The notes beneath the pieces were generated by a model that made no database searches, was not told the DNA's origin, and saw only the letters and a list, made by a program, of their open reading frames with translations. Positions 30,178 to 39,788 of a stretch of 64,000 nt of DNA are shown piece after piece. The translations under genes were made by a program, and so were the position numbers. Within the stretch, counting starts at the first letter, position 1. Each line of letters begins with the position of its first letter. The stretch comes from Candidatus Woesebacteria bacterium RBG_16_42_24 (GTDB lineage: Bacteria > Patescibacteriota > Microgenomatia > UBA8517): contig MGFX01000001.1 of the NCBI GenBank assembly GCA_001792115.1, forward strand, positions 240,606-304,605. Direction: 5' to 3'.

Positions 30178-32346
30178 ATGCCGGCGGAAGTAACTAAAAA
30201 GAAAGCTGCCATGGTTATGACGGTCACCAAGGACCGCGTGGTTCCTTTGGAAAAGATCCGAAATATCGGCATTATTGCCCATATCGACGCGGGTAAGACT
30301 ACCACCACCGAAAGAGTCCTTTTTGAAACAGGAAAAACTTATAAACAAGGTTCGGTCGATGAGGGAACCACTGTTACCGACTGGATGGCGCAGGAGCGCG
30401 AGCGAGGAATAACCATAGTTTCAGCAGCAATTACTACTTTCTGGGATCTCCAGACGGGCTCTGCAATTGAAAACGGGCACTACAGAATAAATATTATTGA
30501 TACCCCTGGGCATATTGATTTTACTGCTGAGGTCGAACGTTCACTTCGAGTTCTCGACGGGGCGATTATGGTTTTTGACGGAAGAACCGGGGTTGAGAGC
30601 CAATCCGAAACAGTCTGGCGTCAAGCCGATAAATATCACGTCCCTAGAATTTGCGTTCTAAATAAGCTAAACCTCATCGGAGCCGACTTTGAAGGCTCAA
30701 TAAAATCAATCCATGAACGACTTGGGGCAAATGCGGCCCCTGTTACTATCCCAATAGGGATTGAACACGCCCATACCGGAGTGGTTGACCTAATAAGAAT
30801 GAAGGCATTAACCTATAAGGGAATTGAGGATAACAAACTTACCGAGGGGGAAATTCCGGCTGACTTGATAGATGAGGCCAAGAAGTATAGAAAAGCTCTT
30901 ATAGAAAAAGTTTCGGAATACGACGATGAGGCTTTGGCAAAATATCTTGAAGGTTCGGAACCTTCAGAGGTTGAACTTAAAAGGGCAATCAGAAAAGGAG
31001 TCATTGCCGGCAAATTCTTTCCGATATTCGGAGGAGACAATAGGACGGTAGAGGTGCGTCTTCTTCTTGACGGAGTTACCGAATATCTTCCCTCACCCCT
31101 AGATTTACCTGCAGTTTCCGGAACCAATCCCAAAACCGGAGAAAAAGAACTTCGGGAAAGAAAAAACGAAGCGCCCTTCTCGGCTTTGGCCTTCAAAGTA
31201 ACGACCGACCCGCACGTTGGGCGGCTGGTTTATTTAAGAATTTACTCCGGGAAATTAGGTTCCGGTCAGGTTGTTTATAACACTACCGAACAGAAGCAGG
31301 AAAGAATAGGCAAACTCGTTCTTCTTCACGCAGACCAGAGGGAATTAATAGACTCGGCATACGCCGGAGAAATAGTCGCCGCAGTCGGAATTAAAGATAC
31401 TACAACCGGAGATACACTCTGTGATCCGGGACACCCCATACTTCTTGAGTCAATTTCATTTCCCGAGCCCGTAATTTCACTTGCAATCGAGCCGGCGACG
31501 AAGTCTGACCAGGAGAAAATGGGTTTAGCCTTAAATAAGCTTTCTGACGAGGACCCGACATTTAGAATTAAATCTAACCTCGAAACCGGTCAAACAATTA
31601 TTTCCGGAATGGGGGAACTACAGCTCGAAGTTTTGGTGGATAGGATGAAGAGGGAGTTTAACGTCGAGGCGGGAACGGGTGCCCCGCAGGTGGCCTACAA
31701 GGAAACTATCAAAAAAATTGCCGAAGGAGAGGGAAAATATATCCGTCAAACAGGAGGTCGGGGGCAATACGGGCATTGTCTTATTCGCGTTGAACCCAGG
31801 GGTCGAGGGGAAGGCTATGAATTTAAATCCGAAATCAAAGGTGGAGCAATTCCGTCTGAGTTTATACCGGCAATAGAGAAAGGAGTGCATGAGAAGCTCG
31901 AAAACGGAATACTGGCGGGCTTCCCTATGGTAGATATTTTTGTCGCGGTTTATGACGGAAGTTTCCACGATGTGGACTCCTCAGAGATTGCCTTCAAAAT
32001 CGCTGGATCCTTGGCAGTTGAGGAGGCGGCAAGAAATGCCGACTTGATCCTACTTGAGCCAATAATGAAGGTAGAAGTATCTACCCCGGAGGAATTCATG
32101 GGAGATGTTATCGGGGATCTATCGGCCAAGCGTGCCCAAATCCAGGGTACGGAGAAAAAGGGAACAGTTACAATTATTAATGCCATGGCCCCCCTGGCCG
32201 AGCTTTCGGGGTATGCCACAAAATTGCGCTCAATTTCCCAAGGAAGGGCAAGTTATTACATGGAACCTTCCCACTATGAGGAGGTTCCAAAGAACATTGC
32301 CGAACAAATTGTGGCAAAAAGTGGCAAGGCTGCCCCATCAAACTAG
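30178..32346 (+). CDS. fusA: Elongation factor G
   Basis: GTPase motifs are present (AHIDAGKTT, DTPGH, NKLN). 722 aa. Confidence 0.95.
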   Translation: MPAEVTKKKAAMVMTVTKDRVVPLEKIRNIGIIAHIDAGKTTTTERVLFETGKTYKQGSVDEGTTVTDWMAQERERGITIVSAAITTFWDLQTGSAIENGHYRINIIDTPGHIDFTAEVERSLRVLDGAIMVFDGRTGVESQSETVWRQADKYHVPRICVLNKLNLIGADFEGSIKSIHERLGANAAPVTIPIGIEHAHTGVVDLIRMKALTYKGIEDNKLTEGEIPADLIDEAKKYRKALIEKVSEYDDEALAKYLEGSEPSEVELKRAIRKGVIAGKFFPIFGGDNRTVEVRLLLDGVTEYLPSPLDLPAVSGTNPKTGEKELRERKNEAPFSALAFKVTTDPHVGRLVYLRIYSGKLGSGQVVYNTTEQKQERIGKLVLLHADQRELIDSAYAGEIVAAVGIKDTTTGDTLCDPGHPILLESISFPEPVISLAIEPATKSDQEKMGLALNKLSDEDPTFRIKSNLETGQTIISGMGELQLEVLVDRMKREFNVEAGTGAPQVAYKETIKKIAEGEGKYIRQTGGRGQYGHCLIRVEPRGRGEGYEFKSEIKGGAIPSEFIPAIEKGVHEKLENGILAGFPMVDIFVAVYDGSFHDVDSSEIAFKIAGSLAVEEAARNADLILLEPIMKVEVSTPEEFMGDVIGDLSAKRAQIQGTEKKGTVTIINAMAPLAELSGYATKLRSISQGRASYYMEPSHYEEVPKNIAEQIVAKSGKAAPSN

Positions 32347-32358
32347 TTATAATAAAGT

Positions 32359-32724
32359 GTGATTGAGAAGTTAAAGACTTATACTTCAAAACTTAGTTTC
32401 TGGTGGCCAATTGTGCTTGTTCCAATCTGGCAAGAATTAGTCTTTAGATATCTTCCGTATCGATTTATTTATCTTCCCATTGGTAAATTTTGGGAAGTAG
32501 GACTTCTGTCAAACATTGTTTTTGCTACTCTCCACTGGTACATAGGAAAGTGGTTTACCATCTGGGCATTTTTGTGGGGAATAATATTGTGGTGGGTAAT
32601 GGGTAGGTACGGTTTGATTCCAGCAATTTTGCTCCACTCTCTTGTAAATGTAGTTGATCTTAGGTTTGGAATTAGAAAGCTTTTCAGAAATAAACATGGA
32701 GCTGAAATTAATGGGGGTCTATAA
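32359..32724 (+). CDS. CPBP-family intramembrane metalloprotease (CAAX protease / Abi domain)
   Basis: EELVFRY (the EExxxR motif), FATLHW and HSLVN are present within a polytopic membrane protein. Confidence 0.7.
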   Translation: MIEKLKTYTSKLSFWWPIVLVPIWQELVFRYLPYRFIYLPIGKFWEVGLLSNIVFATLHWYIGKWFTIWAFLWGIILWWVMGRYGLIPAILLHSLVNVVDLRFGIRKLFRNKHGAEINGGL

Positions 32725-32737
32725 GTAACTTTTTAAC

Positions 32738-33310
32738 ATGAAACAAGTTTTTATTATCCACGGCTGGGGAGGGAGTTCCGAGAAGGACTGGATTCCTTGG
32801 GCAAAAAGAGTTTTGGTGCAGAAAGGCTTTGAAGTACATATACCGACCATGCCCGATACCGACAATCCCGTAATTGATAAGTGGGTTGGACACTTAGCCA
32901 AAGAGATTGGAGAAATTGACAAAGACACCGTTCTTATCGGGCATTCAATCGGTTGCCAGACTATCTTGAGGTATTTGGAAGGCTTTTCTACCGGAAGTAG
33001 GATTGGTAAAGTAATATTGATTGCCCCCTGGGTAAGTTTAAAGAATTTAACGAGTGAGGAAGAACCGATTGCGAGGCCCTGGGAAGAAACCCAGATAAAT
33101 TTCGATTCACTCAAGAGCAAGGCGGGTTCATATGTAGCTGTTTTTTCAGATGACGATCCCGTGGTTCCTTATGAAGAAAATATAAAAGTCTTTAAAGAAA
33201 AATTAGGAGCACAAATAATCTCTAAGCACAAAATGGGGCATTTCAGCCAAGACGAAGGAATAACAGAAATTCCTTTTCTTCTTGACCTTATTGGAACGAG
33301 TTACCAATGA
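32738..33310 (+). CDS. Alpha/beta hydrolase, YdeN/RBBP9-like serine hydrolase
   Basis: The nucleophile elbow is GHSIGC. Downstream Asp/His residues (DDDPVVPY...GHF) complete the triad. 190 aa. Confidence 0.7.
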   Translation: MKQVFIIHGWGGSSEKDWIPWAKRVLVQKGFEVHIPTMPDTDNPVIDKWVGHLAKEIGEIDKDTVLIGHSIGCQTILRYLEGFSTGSRIGKVILIAPWVSLKNLTSEEEPIARPWEETQINFDSLKSKAGSYVAVFSDDDPVVPYEENIKVFKEKLGAQIISKHKMGHFSQDEGITEIPFLLDLIGTSYQ

Positions 33311-33324
33311 GGCCAGTTGCCTCT

Positions 33325-33384
33325 TGACAACCTAATTTGTGCCTATCTATAATACGCCTAATAACAGGGCTTTTATGCCCTGTT
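33325..33384 (+). promoter_or_regulatory. Sigma70-type promoter for tuf-rpsJ (TTGACA-N17-TATAAT), followed by a leader hairpin (aacagggc-ttttat-gccctgtt)
   Basis: -35 at 33325-33330, -10 at 33348-33353, hairpin at 33363-33384. Confidence 0.6.
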
Positions 33385-33447
33385 TAGTTTGTCGGACGAT
33401 AAGCTAAATTTCACTCTTTTACCCTTTTACTCTATAATTAACTAACT

Positions 33448-34647
33448 ATGGCAGCTGAAGCAAGACAAAAGTTTGATAGAACCAAGCCGCACGTAAATGT
33501 CGGAACTATTGGTCATGTGGACCATGGAAAAACGACCCTAACCGCGGCAATTACCACGGTTCTATCTAAGCAAGCAGGAAATAAAACAAAACCCCTAAAG
33601 TTCGACGAGATAGATAACGCCCCAGAAGAGAAGGAAAGGGGAGTTACTATTAACATTTCCCACGTCGAGTACGAGACAGAAAAGCGCCACTACGCCCACA
33701 TCGACGCCCCGGGACACGCCGACTACATCAAAAACATGATTACAGGAGCGGCCCAGATGGACGGGGCAATTTTAGTCATTTCCGCGGCAGATGGTCCCAT
33801 GCCCCAAACCCGAGAGCACGTAATTTTGGCCCGCCAGGTCAATGTCCCCGCAATTGTAGTTTTCCTCAATAAAGTCGACACGGTCGATGATCCTGAAATT
33901 CTTGATTTAGTCGAGGCAGATGTGCGTGACCTTCTTAAGAAATACGAATACCCCGGGGATAAAGTACCCATAATCAGGGGGAGCGCACTCAAGGCACTCG
34001 AGGGAGACAAAGAGCAGGAGGCCAAAATTCTGGAGCTTATGAAGGCGGTTGACGAATCTATCCCCGAGCCGGTCCGCGACACCGAAAAACCCTTTATTAT
34101 GCCTGTCGAGGACGTATTTGCTATCAAGGGTCGAGGGACGGTTGTTACGGGCAGGGTTGAGCGAGGAAAACTTAAAATTAACGAAGAGGTCGAGATAGTC
34201 GGGCTTAGGGAAACCAAAAAGGTTGTGGTAACTGGACTTGAGATGTTCAGAAAAACCCTCGATGAAACAGTTGCCGGGGATAATGTCGGGGCACTACTTC
34301 GCGGAATCGAAAAGGACGACGTCGAGCGAGGACAGGTTCTCGCCAAGCCGGGCTCAATTACTCCTCATACTGAATTTGACGCGGAAGTCTATATTCTTTC
34401 AAAAGAAGAGGGAGGCCGCCACACGCCGTTTTTTACCGGTTATAAGCCCCAGTTCTACGTCAGAACCGCGGATGTTACAGGGGACGTTGCACTCCCTACA
34501 GGAATCGAAATGGTCATGCCCGGAGACAATGCCAAAATGAAGGTTAAACTCATCCAACCCGTTGCCATGGAAGAGGGACTTAGATTTGCTATTCGAGAAG
34601 GTGGTAGCACGGTTGGTGCCGGAGTTATCACCAAAATTATAGCTTAA
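33448..34647 (+). CDS. tuf: Elongation factor Tu
   Basis: [18 protein letters not shown] and NKVD are present. 399 aa. Confidence 0.95.
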   Translation: MAAEARQKFDRTKPHVNVGTIGHVDHGKTTLTAAITTVLSKQAGNKTKPLKFDEIDNAPEEKERGVTINISHVEYETEKRHYAHIDAPGHADYIKNMITGAAQMDGAILVISAADGPMPQTREHVILARQVNVPAIVVFLNKVDTVDDPEILDLVEADVRDLLKKYEYPGDKVPIIRGSALKALEGDKEQEAKILELMKAVDESIPEPVRDTEKPFIMPVEDVFAIKGRGTVVTGRVERGKLKINEEVEIVGLRETKKVVVTGLEMFRKTLDETVAGDNVGALLRGIEKDDVERGQVLAKPGSITPHTEFDAEVYILSKEEGGRHTPFFTGYKPQFYVRTADVTGDVALPTGIEMVMPGDNAKMKVKLIQPVAMEEGLRFAIREGGSTVGAGVITKIIA

Positions 34648-34695
34648 GAAACGCTACACGCTAAAAATAGCTATTAGCACTTTAAAGGGCCATAT

Positions 34696-35004
34696 ATGCC
34701 GGTAGGAAGATTACGAGTCAAGCTAAAATCCTACGACCACCGTGTCATCGACGAGGCGGCAGGAAAGATATTGGATACGGCCCTGGCGACCGGAGCTAAA
34801 ATAGTTGGCCCCATTCCCCTCCCCACAACACGCACCATAATGAGCGTTAAAGAATCCCCTTTTACCGATAAAGATGCGCAAGAGCATTACGAGATGCTGG
34901 TCCATAAAAGGCTAATCGATATCATCGACCCCAGTGAGCGCACAATTGATTCCCTCTCCAATCTCGACCTCCCCGCAGGTGTCAGTATAGAAATCAAAAT
35001 GTAG
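34696..35004 (+). CDS. rpsJ: 30S ribosomal protein S10
   Basis: 102 aa, S10 family (RLRVKLKSYDHRVIDEA...). Confidence 0.95.
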   Translation: MPVGRLRVKLKSYDHRVIDEAAGKILDTALATGAKIVGPIPLPTTRTIMSVKESPFTDKDAQEHYEMLVHKRLIDIIDPSERTIDSLSNLDLPAGVSIEIKM

Positions 35005-35172
35005 TTTTACTACATTTTCTGACACCGATTGCCCCTCCGAATCGCCCTTCGAGCCGTGTATGAATAATACGGGAAAGGCGAGAAGTAAGATTGTGTGGGG
35101 CAGGAGTTGCGATCGAAATCAAGATGTAGGGCGAAACTCCGTTTGCCCCTCCGAATCGCTCTTCGAGCCGTG
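34973..35172. repeat. Tandem imperfect direct repeat of the rpsJ 3' end plus 30-nt downstream box
   Basis: Copy A is 34973-35058 (gcaggtgtcagtatagaaatcaaaatgtag ... ttgcccctccgaatcgcccttcgagccgtg). Copy B is 35100-35172 (gcaggagttgcgatcgaaatcaagatgtag ... ttgcccctccgaatcgctcttcgagccgtg). A third degenerate copy of the 'atcgaRatYaagatgtag' segment lies at 35809-35826. Confidence 0.7.
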
Positions 35173-35214
35173 GCAGCTTGAATCTTTTCCGCATTTTCTT
35201 CATAGTGAAGAAGT

Positions 35215-35784
35215 ATGAAAAAGAATTCTTCCGATGAACGGGGTAGCGTTCCTGTAATAATCGGAGTAATTATTCTCGCGATAGTCGTATTTGGAATATC
35301 TTATTGGACCTACTTCAAATACTACAGACTCGCCTATACTGACAAAACCTATAATTTTTCACTAATGAATCGCAGAGGGTGGCACGAACTTCCAAAAGAA
35401 GAAGGCGTGTATTATTCATTGGGCACATCCGATGTTCCAGGCGGAAAGGTGGTATCGACCTTCAGGATATCGCCGATTACCCGGAAGGATGATACTAGCA
35501 TTACAGACTCTTCTTCATTCCAAAAAATATGCAGCGACCTAATTAAAGAAATAAACTACACAATCCTGGGCTGGTTTGATGTAAGGTATAGCGGTTTAGA
35601 GGGACATGTTTGTAAAAGTGAGGGAAAGGCTGCCGATATAGATAGAATAAACATTTTCAGTATCTATTTACTTATGAATCCGGGCGGGACATACGATTAT
35701 ATGATCTTCACGACTTATCCAAAAGGAAACCTAGTTGAGGAAGCGAAAGTGAATGAGATGTTGCGTTACTTCCACGCAGATTAA
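35215..35784 (+). CDS. Hypothetical membrane-anchored protein
   Basis: An N-terminal TM helix (VPVIIGVIILAIVVFGISYW) is present. No recognisable motifs. Confidence 0.4.
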   Translation: MKKNSSDERGSVPVIIGVIILAIVVFGISYWTYFKYYRLAYTDKTYNFSLMNRRGWHELPKEEGVYYSLGTSDVPGGKVVSTFRISPITRKDDTSITDSSSFQKICSDLIKEINYTILGWFDVRYSGLEGHVCKSEGKAADIDRINIFSIYLLMNPGGTYDYMIFTTYPKGNLVEEAKVNEMLRYFHAD

Positions 35785-35870
35785 AAGTAGAGTTAATATT
35801 AATTTCCCATCGAGATTAAGATGTAGTTTCTCGCGCCAGCCTCGGAAAAGTTGTATAATCCGTCCCTGTT

Positions 35871-36386
35871 GTGACTAAAGAAGTCGCCATAACCCCTGAG
35901 AGCCAGCGTGAGCTGGTTAGGGCGTTTTTGGCAAAACTTGGAGGGGTTGCCATCGCGACGCCAGATATGAGTAGGGACTACAAATTTGTAGCCGTACTGC
36001 CTGAATTAGACGAATGGACTCGGCTTTTTTCGTATGACGGCGCTTCAGTAAAACCCGACTCTATATGGGAAAAATTACACATTCAGAATGTAAATATTAC
36101 TGACTCGACAATGATTTTTTTACGAATAGATGGCAATGTTGCAAAGACAAAAATTGTCGAGGTAGATACTGCCGGATGGGATGAGACTGATTTACAAAGA
36201 GGACACGTTTTGGGATTTAGAGAAAAACCGTTAGTTTTTGATAGGGCACAAAGGATTCTTAGTCATTTGAAAAAAACGGCCTCAAGATTCTTTGTGGTGG
36301 GGTTTCCCATAGACAATCCCAACGACCATAAGCTTATGGTTCCTATCAGAATGGGTGGGGACGATATAGGCGAAGACGATTTTTAA
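35871..36386 (+). CDS. Hypothetical protein (GTG start, 12 nt after a TATAAT box)
   Basis: ORF with coding-like composition. A TATAAT box lies upstream at 35853-35858. Confidence 0.4.
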   Translation: MTKEVAITPESQRELVRAFLAKLGGVAIATPDMSRDYKFVAVLPELDEWTRLFSYDGASVKPDSIWEKLHIQNVNITDSTMIFLRIDGNVAKTKIVEVDTAGWDETDLQRGHVLGFREKPLVFDRAQRILSHLKKTASRFFVVGFPIDNPNDHKLMVPIRMGGDDIGEDDF

Positions 36387-36654
36387 AAAAGCAAAAACTA
36401 TTTTCCGCCTTCACCTACATTTTGGCGGATGAAATAGAAAGAAGGTCGAAAAAATCGTAATATAATCAAAATGGAGAGAGAACAGCAGATTGTTGAAGCA
36501 AAACGAGTTTTGCGCCGACAACTTAGCCTTCGGGGTAAACCACATACGCGGCATATAAGGATGCACCGTCAGGCCGCCGAAGATAATCATAACAGACTCC
36601 CCGCCCCACGAATTTAAGTGGCAACTTTAGCTTCAAAGGGGTAGAATCTAGAAA

Positions 36655-37095
36655 GTGTTAAAGGTGAATGACAAAGCTCCCGAGTTTAAACTACCCGATC
36701 AAAAGGGCAATTTACACAGCCTTAGCGATTATAAAGGGGGTTGGCTTTTGATTTATTTTTATCCGAAGGATTTTACTCCGGGTTGTACCAAAGAAGCCTG
36801 CTCATTCAGGGATAATTTTTCGCGCCTTAAAGACAAGCTGCAACTAGTTGGCATAAGCGGGGACAGCGTAGAAAGCCACAAAAATTTCAGCGAAAAGTAT
36901 AATTTACCTTTTACAATACTTTCCGATCCGGAAAGAAAAGCGATAAAAAATTACGGCACAAATGGACTGATTTTTGCCAAAAGAACTTCTTTTTTAATAA
37001 ACCCTCAAGGAACAATTGAGAAAATTTACGAAAAAGTCGATCCCACCACCCACGCCGAAGAAATCCTTAAAGACATTTCTTCCCTGACAGCTTAA
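36655..37095 (+). CDS. bcp: Peroxiredoxin, Bcp-type thiol peroxidase
   Basis: The FTPGCTKEAC peroxidatic-cysteine motif is present. 146 aa. Confidence 0.8.
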   Translation: MLKVNDKAPEFKLPDQKGNLHSLSDYKGGWLLIYFYPKDFTPGCTKEACSFRDNFSRLKDKLQLVGISGDSVESHKNFSEKYNLPFTILSDPERKAIKNYGTNGLIFAKRTSFLINPQGTIEKIYEKVDPTTHAEEILKDISSLTA

Positions 37096-37190
37096 ATCAT
37101 CCTTTGAAAATCTGGCAAATTTAACCCCTAGAGAGCCTGCAACGTTAAAATTTTGGTTAATAATTATTTACGTTGTAAAATACGGGCAGA

Positions 37191-37664
37191 GTGACTGATA
37201 TAGACGCTTTAACCAATAAATCAAAAAAGGTAATCGACACAATTGAATATATCGATCTTGCAACCATAACCGAAGATGGAAAGCCCTGGAACTCACCTTT
37301 ATGGTTTGTAAGAGACGATAAGTACAACCTTTATTTTTACTCACCCAAATACACCCAACATTCAGAGAATATAAGAAACAACGGCAATGGATTTGTTGTT
37401 ATTTACGACTCGAGAGCTCCGGAAGGCACAGGATTCGGAGTCTATATGACGGTTGAAGTGAAAGAGCTAAATACGGTTTCCGAGGTCGACGAAGCCCTCA
37501 AATGGGTTTATAAGAAAAAGAAAAAGAAAAGGACACCGCAGGAGTTTTTGGGCAATTCCCCTAGAAGGATTTACAAGGTTACTCCCAAGGAGGCCTGGGT
37601 AAATGACGCTGAATTGAAAAATGGTTTTTACCTAGACTATCGAATTCCAATAAAACTTACATAA
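37191..37664 (+). CDS. Pyridoxamine 5'-phosphate oxidase-like FMN-binding split-barrel protein
   Basis: LATITEDGKPWNSPLWFVRDDKYNLYFYS is typical of the PNPOx-like / general stress protein 26 family. Confidence 0.55.
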   Translation: MTDIDALTNKSKKVIDTIEYIDLATITEDGKPWNSPLWFVRDDKYNLYFYSPKYTQHSENIRNNGNGFVVIYDSRAPEGTGFGVYMTVEVKELNTVSEVDEALKWVYKKKKKKRTPQEFLGNSPRRIYKVTPKEAWVNDAELKNGFYLDYRIPIKLT

Positions 37665-37670
37665 ATAAAT

Positions 37671-38138
37671 ATGGGCAGTGTGAATAAGAAAAAACTAGTA
37701 ACTTTTTTAACCGGGGCTCGTGCAAACACCTATGCGGCTGGTAAGGGAAAGGTAAAACCAGTTTTTCCGGGCTCGACCCAGCTTGAATATAAGGAGGGAG
37801 ACTGGCTATATCGCGACATTTACAATTTGGGAAATAAAATCTTCGTGGGTCTTGAGACAGTCTATTTCAAGGGGAAACCCGTCTGGTCGATGTGCTATTA
37901 CGGAGATTTTAAAAAAATGACGGAAAAAGAAATTGATGAGATTCTGCGGGAAGCCTTAATTAAATACAAAGATAAAGTAAGACTTTGGTACCAGGTGGAG
38001 TGGAAAAACAAAAACTTCAAGTATATTTGCACACCCGACTCCCGAGAAGGCATAGAAGAAGTGTCCGGACTCGAGGAAATTTATAAAGACCGAGAGAAAG
38101 TTTATTATCTTTATTACGCCGGCGGCCTCATAGGCTAA
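37671..38138 (+). CDS. Hypothetical protein, DUF5680-like
   Basis: YAAGKGKVKPVFPGSTQLEYKEGDWLYRD...GKPVWSMCYYG resembles a family that I know only as a domain of unknown function. Confidence 0.35.
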   Translation: MGSVNKKKLVTFLTGARANTYAAGKGKVKPVFPGSTQLEYKEGDWLYRDIYNLGNKIFVGLETVYFKGKPVWSMCYYGDFKKMTEKEIDEILREALIKYKDKVRLWYQVEWKNKNFKYICTPDSREGIEEVSGLEEIYKDREKVYYLYYAGGLIG

Positions 38139-38205
38139 CGGCACATTCCTCGCCCCAGCCTCGGTCATATTTTTATTTGAACACTGGGAAATTCGAAGGC
38201 GGGAA

Positions 38206-38904
38206 GTGTTAAAATCAATTGTGAAATTTGACCCGGTTAAGCACTGGAACGATCGCCATTTCGAACTTCCAAAAAATAGAGATACTTCTTCTTACGCGAA
38301 AGACAAAGAAAAATTTTTTCCTCGAAATTCCCTAGTCTGTGATTTGGGTGGCGGTGTTGGAATAGACTCAAATTACTTTTTAGATAAAGGACATGAAGTC
38401 TACCTTCTGGACATTTCTGACTATGCGCTCAAGGCTGCCCGCAACACTGCGGTTTCAAAAGGCCTTGGCTCCCACCTCATTACCAAAGAGGTAGATTTTT
38501 CGGTAGGTATGTTTCCTCTGGAAGACGGTTTGGTCGATATTGTCTATTCAAGGCTTGCCCTTCATTACTTTCCCCTCGATCGTATGAAAGAAATATTTTC
38601 CGAAATTTATAGAATTTTAAAAAATGGAGGGAAGGCGTTCATAGCCGTAAAGTCGCCCGACGACAAAAGGGAAATGGGAGCCCTCAGAAAAATTGCAAAG
38701 GAAACAAGTCCTGGAATTTTTGACGAAAACGGCCTGATTAAAACTAGATTTACAAAAGTGCAGTACAAAACAGTTCTTAAAAAAGCCGGAGTGTTAAGTT
38801 TTGAAGTGCGAGATTGTGTTGAACATTTTGGTAAAGGTAAAGTTTATGTTAAATCCAAAGCAGAAAAACTTCTATATATAGAAATCATAATAAATAAAGT
38901 TTGA
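38206..38904 (+). CDS. Class I SAM-dependent methyltransferase (small-molecule type)
   Basis: The glycine-rich motif I is VCDLGGGVGID. LDISDYAL follows, with post-I motifs (VDIVYSRLALHY ... LKNGGKAFI). Confidence 0.7.
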   Translation: MLKSIVKFDPVKHWNDRHFELPKNRDTSSYAKDKEKFFPRNSLVCDLGGGVGIDSNYFLDKGHEVYLLDISDYALKAARNTAVSKGLGSHLITKEVDFSVGMFPLEDGLVDIVYSRLALHYFPLDRMKEIFSEIYRILKNGGKAFIAVKSPDDKREMGALRKIAKETSPGIFDENGLIKTRFTKVQYKTVLKKAGVLSFEVRDCVEHFGKGKVYVKSKAEKLLYIEIIINKV

Positions 38905-39125
38905 CTTTCGGGATTTTTAAATTAAGGGGTCCGGCCCATTCATAAATCTCAATTTTAATCCTGAGTGAAATCGAAGGATTATAATCCCGAGCGAACTTGT
39001 TCTGAGTAACCTCGAAGGAGTCGAGGGACTTCTGGCAACTTTAGCCTCGAGAGAGTAGAGTACCTCAAAGTTATTTCATGGACAGGTTGGGCCATTGACA
39101 ATATGACAAATTTATCATAATATAA

Positions 39126-39422
39126 ATGAAGTTAATTTTTGATCCTAGGGCTGAAAAGTTCCTGGATAAAATTAGGGACAAAGAAAGAACAAAGGTATTT
39201 GAATATATTCTTTTATTCGAGGAATACGGATTTGAACTTGATAACAGATACCTTAAGAAGGTAACGAAAAATATTTGGGAGTTAAGGCCTAAAAATATAA
39301 GACTATTTTTTATCAAGAGAGCCACAAATTATTTAATCGTTCACGCAATGTATAAAAAATCCCAGAAAATAACCAAGAAAACGCTAAAATTGTTAGAAAA
39401 AAGAATTAAAAGTTACCTATGA
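39126..39422 (+). CDS. Type II toxin, HigB/RelE superfamily (phage Gp49-like)
   Basis: WELRPKNIRLFF... is characteristic of Gp49/HigB-like toxins. Its 3' end overlaps the downstream HTH gene by 4 nt. Confidence 0.6.
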   Translation: MKLIFDPRAEKFLDKIRDKERTKVFEYILLFEEYGFELDNRYLKKVTKNIWELRPKNIRLFFIKRATNYLIVHAMYKKSQKITKKTLKLLEKRIKSYL

Positions 39423-39730
39423 AAGCAAAAAAAATAGACACATCGAAATTCATTACTTTCCACGAGCTTAGAAGAAAGTGGATGAAAGATCCGGAGTTTG
39501 TAAGGGAGTGGGAAAAGTTAGAGCCCCACTATCAAATAGCAAGACAAATGGTTGGGGCCAGAATCAAAAAGAAAATGTCCCAGGAGGAACTTGCCAAAAA
39601 AATTGGAACCGGGCAGGCGGTAATTTCAAGACTCGAAGGAATGAATGCCAAGCCATCAATTTCACTTTTGAAAAGAGTTGCCGACGCATTGGACACACCA
39701 ATAAAAATAACAATTAACCCCGATCGGTAG
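39419..39730 (+). CDS. XRE-family HTH antitoxin (HigA-like)
   Basis: HTH: MSQEELAKKIGTGQAVISRLE. The C-terminal region is DUF-like (KPSISLLKRVADAL). Confidence 0.65.
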   Translation: MKAKKIDTSKFITFHELRRKWMKDPEFVREWEKLEPHYQIARQMVGARIKKKMSQEELAKKIGTGQAVISRLEGMNAKPSISLLKRVADALDTPIKITINPDR

Positions 39731-39788
39731 GCCATTCTAGATTCTGGCAACTTTAGCTTCAACCTCGGGAAAGTAGTAGAATATCCAA

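Noticed and set aside
33723-34346. A long antisense ORF (207 aa, minus strand) lies inside tuf. Similar antisense ORFs lie inside rpoB, rpoC, nusA, pnp, alaS and the 16372-18600 gene.
   Set aside because: They are fully embedded opposite highly conserved genes. They have Ser/Thr/Pro-rich low-complexity translations typical of antisense frames and no start or RBS context. They are artefacts of the ORF finder.
38206-38904. A second DNA methyltransferase (possible orphan MTase) in the island.
   Set aside because: It has the class I SAM-MTase glycine-rich motif but no DPPY/SPPY or target-recognition features. It is annotated as a small-molecule/generic SAM methyltransferase instead.
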